Under the pieces are notes generated by a model. It made no database searches. It worked only from the letters and a program-made list of their open reading frames with translations, and was not told the origin of the DNA. Below, one piece after another: positions 57,981 to 64,000 of a stretch of 64,000 nucleotides of DNA; within the stretch, counting starts at the first letter, position 1; the number at the start of each line of letters is the position of its first letter. Made by a program: the position numbers and the translations under genes. Source of the DNA: Alphaproteobacteria bacterium (lineage in GTDB: Bacteria > Pseudomonadota > Alphaproteobacteria > MPNO01 > UBA830); contig OZ251539.1 of the NCBI GenBank assembly GCA_965243135.1, positions 4,320,001 to 4,384,000 on the forward strand, in the 5' to 3' direction.

Positions 57981-58834
57981 TGCGCGAACGCCGACATCAA
58001 TGCCCGCCGGGTCATGGCGGCGGCGAGATCGCGACGATATTCGGCCGAACCGTGAATGTCCTCGGTCGGCTCGATGCTTTCGGATACCATCCCTGCCGCG
58101 ATGCGGGCAGTCTCGGGGCCGGCTTCCATTCCCTCGAGGCTTCCTTCGACCTCGCGCATCCGGCAGGGTTTTTCGGTTGCGCCGCCGATGCCGAGGCGAA
58201 CCTCGGAGATGCGCCGCCCGTCGATACCGACCGTCGCGCAGGCCATGGCGAGCGCGAAATCTCCGGAACGGCGCGAGAATTCCGCAAAGCCTCCCCGGAT
58301 GCCCGGGGCAAGCGCCGGGAGCCGGACTTCCGAGACGAACTCGTCGGGCTGCAGGTCCGTGGTCAGCGGCCCCGTGAAGAAACCGGAAGCGGGAACGATC
58401 CGTTCTCCGCCGACGCTGCGGGCCACGATGTCCGCATCCACGGTGACCGCGAGAAGGCACCACTCCGATGCCGGATCGGCGTGGGCGACGCTGCCGCAGA
58501 AGGTTCCGCGCACCCGGATCGGAAGATGAGCGATATGGGCCGCGATCTCCGGCAGAAGAGTCTCGAAGAGTCCGGACGCGACCGGTTTCTCGAATGCCGC
58601 GTGACGAGCGAGCGCGCCGATAGCGAGGGCACCGTCCCGTTCCCTGACGTAGTCGAGTTCGGCAACTCCATTGATATCGATCAGGTGAGCCGGCCGAGCG
58701 AGACGGAAGTTCATCGCGGGAACCAACGTCTGGCCGCCTGCAAGAATTCTGGCTTCGTCGCCGCGTTCGGCCAACAACGCAACGATCTCCGGCACGGAGC
58801 CGGGCGCATGATATATGAAGGGTGGCGGCTTCAT
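57977..58834 (-). CDS. FAD-binding medium subunit (CoxM-like)
   Basis: MKPPPF.YHAP, LAGGQTL, RGTFCGSVAHADPASE, RRSGDFA. Confidence 0.93.
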   Translation of the reverse strand: MKPPPFIYHAPGSVPEIVALLAERGDEARILAGGQTLVPAMNFRLARPAHLIDINGVAELDYVRERDGALAIGALARHAAFEKPVASGLFETLLPEIAAHIAHLPIRVRGTFCGSVAHADPASEWCLLAVTVDADIVARSVGGERIVPASGFFTGPLTTDLQPDEFVSEVRLPALAPGIRGGFAEFSRRSGDFALAMACATVGIDGRRISEVRLGIGGATEKPCRMREVEGSLEGMEAGPETARIAAGMVSESIEPTEDIHGSAEYRRDLAAAMTRRALMSAFAQ

Positions 58835-59165
58835 CCCGATCCCAAGCCTACACGAACCTGCATGCGCCGCAAGCCGAACGATCCTCCACCGCCGGTTTTC
58901 GGATTTTCGCGCGTCCGCGCTCGATCCGGACGTCACCCGCTCCCCTGTCCAGCCACGGCAGACGGCCCATTTCCAGCAAACCCAAAGGGCGCGTCGAACT
59001 TCCGGAGAAAACGCATCTGACGGCCGACATCCGGCTAAAATTTCCCGCCAGGAAATCCAAGACAGCGACCCTGCTTTTGCGCGCAGATTTCGGGGCGACA
59101 GGACGTTCCGAGACGCCTTGCAGCTACGGCTTCATAATGTCCCTCGCAATAAAAACTCGCCTTCG

Positions 59166-60149
59166 TCAGAAAAGATCCGCTTGATCAGCGCCGCTGCCGC
59201 CAAACTTTCCAGTTTCCCTTCGTCGTTCAATATTGGAATTTCTTTCCCAGAATATGCCGTCTTCATAGCCCTGTATCTTCGGATCCTCTCGGGCAGCAGC
59301 TACTCGCTTGAGAGCCCAACACAAATACTCCTCGTCGATCTCCACCCCAGACCATCGCCTGCCTAATTTTTCGGCAACGACAACAGTGGTTCCGCTCCCA
59401 AGAAAAGGGTCGAATACGAAGCCTTCTCTTTCGGAACTGGCGAGAATAAGTTTCGCAATTAGCTTTTCCGGTTTTTGAGTGGGATGATCCGTATTCTCCG
59501 GCATGGACCAAAATGGAATCGTTAAATCCGTCCAGATGTTCGACGGATACGTCAGACGATAATTGCCCGTCTCCTCTTGATCCCAGTCCTTCGGTTGCCC
59601 CATGATTCGATACGGGGCAAGAACGCGGCGTTTCAGCTTGACTGCATCCACGTCAAAATGATACCTCTCGGACTTCGTGCAAAACCACACGTCTTCCGTA
59701 TTGTTTTTCCAATTCGACTTCGCGCCGCGGCCTTTCTCGCGTTCCCATGTGATTCTGTTTCTAACGAAGAATTTATCTTCTAGTATCGGTTGGATTATTG
59801 CAGAAGTCATCCAATCCGAACATGCATAAATCGTGGCATCGGGTTTAAGCATATGGTCCAAAGATTTCAGCAGGTCGGCGAACCAGCGTCGATACTCTTC
59901 ATTTTCCTTTCTTCTGAACGCCTTTCCGTTGAACTTCTTCGACAAATTATACGGAGGATCCAGTATCAGCAGATCGACGAAGGATTTCGGAAAGTATTTG
60001 GCGACTTTGAACATATCCCCCGCCATGACCCGGCTTTCTATGTCTTTGCGGGAAACCGGGGAATTGACTTTGAGGATTTCGCACGACAACCGCGCGATTT
60101 CTTCCTCGGTGCACGACAGGGTTCGATTCCTGGAAGCGCGGTCCGGCAT
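59166..60149 (-). CDS. Orphan beta-class N6-adenine/N4-cytosine DNA methyltransferase
   Basis: ILDPPYN (motif IV) precedes HPTQKP and DPFLGSGTT (motif I); lower GC than flanks. Confidence 0.92.
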   Translation of the reverse strand: MPDRASRNRTLSCTEEEIARLSCEILKVNSPVSRKDIESRVMAGDMFKVAKYFPKSFVDLLILDPPYNLSKKFNGKAFRRKENEEYRRWFADLLKSLDHMLKPDATIYACSDWMTSAIIQPILEDKFFVRNRITWEREKGRGAKSNWKNNTEDVWFCTKSERYHFDVDAVKLKRRVLAPYRIMGQPKDWDQEETGNYRLTYPSNIWTDLTIPFWSMPENTDHPTQKPEKLIAKLILASSEREGFVFDPFLGSGTTVVVAEKLGRRWSGVEIDEEYLCWALKRVAAAREDPKIQGYEDGIFWERNSNIERRRETGKFGGSGADQADLF

Positions 60150-60521
60150 ATGAATTCCTGCGTCGTGAAAAACCGGCGGCGATTGTCGGAGGCGGCTAAA
60201 CCAGTATAACTCGCCCGGTCACGGATTTCTACGGATCTACCGCTCCGGGCGGCGCCAGCCTGCCGGGTCGAGAGTCGGCGAAGCTGTCCGCTCCCGAACG
60301 GGCCGCGATTCGTTCTCGAAACGGGTGTCGCGCTCCTGAAGGAGCAACGTCGGCCTGGAGCTTTCAGCGCCGCCTGGACGGCTGGCGTATCGAACCCGAA
60401 TCCTGCATCGTCGCGCCGGTCAGCTGACGAGACGCGACTTGCGGAGATTGACGAGTCGAAGGGGCATGCAATGGCTATCAATTTGGGCGACTTGGCGATC
60501 GTAGACAGCAGCGCGGACGGC

Positions 60522-60668
60522 ACGATCAGGCATAGTGACGGCTCCAACAGCGGCACGTTCTACGATGTACGTCTGACGGGAGCGGGCGGGAACTTTCCTG
60601 CCGCTCGCGTACGATCAGGCATAGTGACGGCTCCAACAGCGGCGATGTACGTCTGACGGGAGCGGGCG
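60522..60668. repeat. Imperfect direct repeat (67 bp and 58 bp copies)
   Basis: 60522-60588 and 60611-60668 are identical except that copy 2 lacks ACGTTCTAC. Confidence 0.9.
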
Positions 60669-60871
60669 TCCGGGCGGAAACGGACGCAAGCTATCCGCAC
60701 GGCCATTGCGGCGAAGATGGGTGCTGCCGACCGCGCCCGTGGCGGTAGGGCCGCCCCATTAGGGTAAACTCATGGATGACATGCGGCCGTTTCGTCCACG
60801 AGAACGCTCGGCGCTGCCGGGGGCTTTTCGGGGCGATTTCCAGAGATGAACCAAACGGAAGGTCCCGGCAA

Positions 60872-61735
60872 ATGAAAATCGTCGATCTCTCCCACAAGAT
60901 GAACATCCATACCCCCGGCTGGGTCGGCTACGCCGGAAACAAGATGTACTACGAGCAGAACCTCCAGACGAAGAGCATCGTCGCCCAGAGAATCGAAACC
61001 GCCCTCCACGTCGGCACTCACATCGATGCGGCTCTTCACGCCACGGACGGACGCGAGGACATCGCCTCCTACGCGATGTCGTTTCTGGTCAACCACGGCG
61101 CGGTGGTCGACATCTCCGGCAAGGTGAGCGACTGGGACGTCATCACCCCCGACATGCTCGAGGCCGCCCCCGTCGAGATCAGGGACGGCGACATCCTGAT
61201 CCTGCATACGGGCTGGCACCGCTACTACGAAGGCCAGCCGCAACAGGATCTCGTGCGTTATTTCTGCATGCACCCGGGCGGCAAGGTCGAACTCCTGGAA
61301 TGGATGATGGACCGGAAGATCAAGTGGTTCGGCATCGACGCCGGCTCGGGCGACCACCCCATGAACACGACCATCCGCTACATGCGGCCCGACCTCGCGA
61401 AACGCTTCGAAAAGAAGGTCGGCATGAGCTGCAAGGAATTCTTTCCAGACTACACTTACGAGCACAAGCTGTCGGGCCGGCTCGTCGAAAACAACCTCTT
61501 TCCGCTCCACAACTACGCCTTTCAGGAAGGGCTGATCCATGCGGAAAACGTCGGAGGCGACATCGGAATGGTGCTCGACCGGCGCGGCATCATCGGCGCG
61601 TTTCCCTGGAAATACGAAGGTCTGGAGGCGTGTCCCTGCCGGATCCTCTTCATCACCGAAGCGGGAGACGGAGATATAGAGGCTCTCGGCAGCGCCGCGC
61701 CGGGACCCGACGGACGGCTGGTCTCCGAGCGATAG
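60872..61735 (+). CDS. Cyclase family metal-dependent hydrolase (kynurenine formamidase-like)
   Basis: IVDLSH, HVGTHIDA (HxGTHxD), GDILILHTGW, FGID, HAENV. Confidence 0.88.
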   Translation: MKIVDLSHKMNIHTPGWVGYAGNKMYYEQNLQTKSIVAQRIETALHVGTHIDAALHATDGREDIASYAMSFLVNHGAVVDISGKVSDWDVITPDMLEAAPVEIRDGDILILHTGWHRYYEGQPQQDLVRYFCMHPGGKVELLEWMMDRKIKWFGIDAGSGDHPMNTTIRYMRPDLAKRFEKKVGMSCKEFFPDYTYEHKLSGRLVENNLFPLHNYAFQEGLIHAENVGGDIGMVLDRRGIIGAFPWKYEGLEACPCRILFITEAGDGDIEALGSAAPGPDGRLVSER

Positions 61736-61769
61736 GCTCGTCGCCGGTCGGGATATCGTCCCGCTCTCC

Positions 61770-62430
61770 GGAGCCTCGACCGCCCGCGGCGCCCGGACAC
61801 GCTGTACGCCGCGGCCGTGGCTCTTACCGGTCAGGACCGCCAGGCGATTCCCTCCGGTCGCGCCCGCGTAGAGCTGATTCCTTTTCGGCGCGCCGCTGCG
61901 TCGGAACGACGACCGCAGGACGTCCCCGGCTCCGGCGACTGCGCAGGCCGACATATCCGCCAAAACGATGGACGGCCCCGCGCACTCCGCCGTCGCCTCG
62001 CCGAATTCGGCGAGGCAGCCGATATCGCCGTTGCGGGCACCCCTGTCGTTCTCGGTCCGCAGGACCTTGTCGCCGGACGCGAACGTTCACCTGAAACGCT
62101 CCGTCTTGGAGTCGCCGGCAGGGGCGGCCTGCAGCTCGACGTCGAGCGAGCGGACTCGCCGCGGTTCCCGGGACGCAGGACCCGAGATCTCGCGCACGGG
62201 GTCGAAAACGCCGCGATTGCGGACGAGGACCCTCGACTCCGCAGCGTCCGGATTTTCCGCCGACGCGAAAGAAAGGCCGCTCGCCCGACGGCCCGGCTGA
62301 TCGTTCCAAACCGCGCCAACCCGGCGGGCGCGTTCCAACCGTCCGCCGCCCGACCCGCGCGGCATCCGGAATTTTTGACAACGGACGGCCACTCCTGCAA
62401 TCATCGGCGATCCGCCGCGACCTGGCGGGA
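61770..62430 (-). pseudogene. RecD2-like helicase relic
   Basis: Fragments AENPDAAESRV..FDPVREI..RSLDVELQAA..ERFR*TFASGDKVLRTEND..NGDIG and RNQLYAGATGGNRLAVLTG match the RecD2 C-terminal half; stops and frameshifts. Confidence 0.72.
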
Positions 62431-62457
62431 GCGGCGGCTCTGTCAGGGAGGGAAATC

Positions 62458-63528
62458 ATGAAACGCCTGTTTGCAATCGCGCTGGCGGTCGGCCTCGCGG
62501 CCGGCGCGCCGCCGTTTTCCGCCGCGGCCGACGATCTTTCGGCCGCCTTCATCTATGTCGGACCGGTCGGCGATGCCGGATGGACCTATCGTCATGACCA
62601 GGGGCGTCAATGCCTGGAGAAGAAGACCGGCATCAAGACGTCCTTCGTGGAATCGGTGCCGCAGGCAGCCGATGTCGCCAACGTCGAGAAGGACTTCCTG
62701 GCCCAGGGATACGACTTGATCTTCGCGACGGCCTTCGGCTACCAACCGTTCACCCAGCAGGTCGCACAGCAGAATCCCGACAAGCATTTCTTCGGGATCA
62801 CGCCGACGATCGCGCCTGCGGACAACATCCTGAACTATTACGGCAAGCTCTGGGACGGTCGTTACCTCACGGGCATCGTGGCCGGGCGGATGACCAAGTC
62901 GAACGTCGTCGGCTTCGTGGCCGCCGTCCCGATTCCCACCGTCATCGCGGGAATCAACGCGTTCGCTCTTGGCGTCCGTTCGGTCAACCCGAAAGCCACG
63001 GTGCGCGTCGTCTGGACCCTTTCGTGGTACGACCCGCCCGCGGAAAAACAGGCCGCCGTAGCCCTCGTCGAAGGCGGTGCCGACGTGGTGGCACAGCATC
63101 AGGACACGCCGTCTCCCGTTCAGGGCGCGGCGGAGAAAGGCGCCTGGGCGATCGGTTCCGAATCCGACATGACGCGGTTCGCGCCCGGCAAGTACCTTAC
63201 CGGCACGGTCTGGAACTGGTGTCCGTTCTATCTGAAAGCCCTCGAAATGGTGAAGGCGGGGACTTTCAAGCCCGGCGAGTTCTACGGAGGACTGAACGAC
63301 GGCACGGTATCGCTTGCGCCAATGAACGAGGCCGTTCCCGAAGAAGTCGTAAAGCTCGTGGAAAGCAGGAAGCAGGGCTTGATGGACGGAAGCTTCGATT
63401 ACTGGAAAGGACCGATCAAGGACAACAAGGGCAATATCGCGGTCGCCAAGGGCAAGACCCTCGGGATTTCCGACATCAACGGCATGAAGTGGCTGGCGGA
63501 GGGAGTCGTCGGAAGCCTTCCGAAGTGA
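62458..63528 (+). CDS. BMP family (purine/nucleoside-type) ABC transporter substrate-binding protein
   Basis: Signal peptide, FIYVGPVGDAGWTYRH, TAFGY, INAFALG, WYDP, QHQD. Confidence 0.9.
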   Translation: MKRLFAIALAVGLAAGAPPFSAAADDLSAAFIYVGPVGDAGWTYRHDQGRQCLEKKTGIKTSFVESVPQAADVANVEKDFLAQGYDLIFATAFGYQPFTQQVAQQNPDKHFFGITPTIAPADNILNYYGKLWDGRYLTGIVAGRMTKSNVVGFVAAVPIPTVIAGINAFALGVRSVNPKATVRVVWTLSWYDPPAEKQAAVALVEGGADVVAQHQDTPSPVQGAAEKGAWAIGSESDMTRFAPGKYLTGTVWNWCPFYLKALEMVKAGTFKPGEFYGGLNDGTVSLAPMNEAVPEEVVKLVESRKQGLMDGSFDYWKGPIKDNKGNIAVAKGKTLGISDINGMKWLAEGVVGSLPK

Positions 63529-64000
63529 ATGGCCGCTGCGGCGGAACGCCGTGACGCCCTCGTCGAGATACGGGGCGTCACCAAGCGTTTCGGACGACTG
63601 CTCGCCAACGACGACGTATCGATCACGCTGCCTGCCGGCCGCGTGATCGGACTTGTCGGAGAGAACGGCGCCGGCAAGTCCACGATCATGAACGTACTGG
63701 CAGGCATCTATCTGCCCGATGTCGGCGCCGTCGCCGTGGCGGGCCGCGCGCTGCCGCCGGGCCGGCCAAAAGCCTCGATTCATGCCGGCATCGGAATGGT
63801 GCACCAGCAATTCAAACTGGTGCCCACCCTGACCGGCCTCGAAAACATCCGGCTTGCCCTGCGGGGAGCCGATGCGCGCGGACTGCCCGAGCGCATCGGC
63901 CGCGACATGTCGGAACTCGGCTTCGATGTCGATCTCGCGCGCCCGATCTGGCAGCTGACGCTCGCGAACCGGCAACAACTGGAAATCCTGCGGACGCTGG
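63529..64000 (+). CDS. Sugar/nucleoside-type ABC transporter ATP-binding protein (3' truncated by the window edge)
   Basis: TKRFG.LLAND, GENGAGKST, GIGMVHQ. Confidence 0.88.
   Translation, partial: MAAAAERRDALVEIRGVTKRFGRLLANDDVSITLPAGRVIGLVGENGAGKSTIMNVLAGIYLPDVGAVAVAGRALPPGRPKASIHAGIGMVHQQFKLVPTLTGLENIRLALRGADARGLPERIGRDMSELGFDVDLARPIWQLTLANRQQLEILRTL

Noticed and set aside
52903-58834. Aerobic CO dehydrogenase (coxMSL)
   Set aside because: Neither large subunit has the AYxCSFR or AYxGAGR loop, and no coxDEFG genes are adjacent.
60522-60668. CRISPR array
   Set aside because: Only two long unequal copies, no regular spacers and no cas genes.

Overview
High-GC bacterial chromosome segment, most likely alphaproteobacterial (inferred from gene content and order) and close to the replication origin: mnmE-mnmG-rsmG-parA-parB with two parS palindromes. 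Main blocks: (1) 1-14.5 kb, a translationally coupled glycosyltransferase/phosphatase/deacetylase/ABC-importer operon facing an MBL-hydrolase/methyltransferase/adenylate-cyclase operon; (2) 14.5-19.3 kb, decayed accessory DNA (HATPase relic plus STAS-like gene, a 415-bp internally deleted IS4 with TIRs and 9-bp TSD, a serine recombinase relic ending in a degenerate tRNA-Met 3' half); (3) 19.3-28.3 kb, housekeeping genes; (4) 29.6-45.7 kb, a tungstate ABC transporter and a Tat-exported formate dehydrogenase with many poorly characterised accessory genes; (5) 45.9-64 kb, an apparently uncharacterised aromatic/N-heterocycle catabolic neighbourhood (amidohydrolase, bicupin dioxygenase, DHDPS-family aldolase, Mo-hydroxylase with two different large subunits, cyclase-family hydrolase, BMP ABC importer), interleaved with an orphan DNA methyltransferase, a TIGR04255-HTH pair and pseudogenes (PIN toxins, AAA-ATPase, RecD2). 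No intact rRNA/tRNA gene or CRISPR array was seen. All family calls come from motif recognition by eye, not from database searches.
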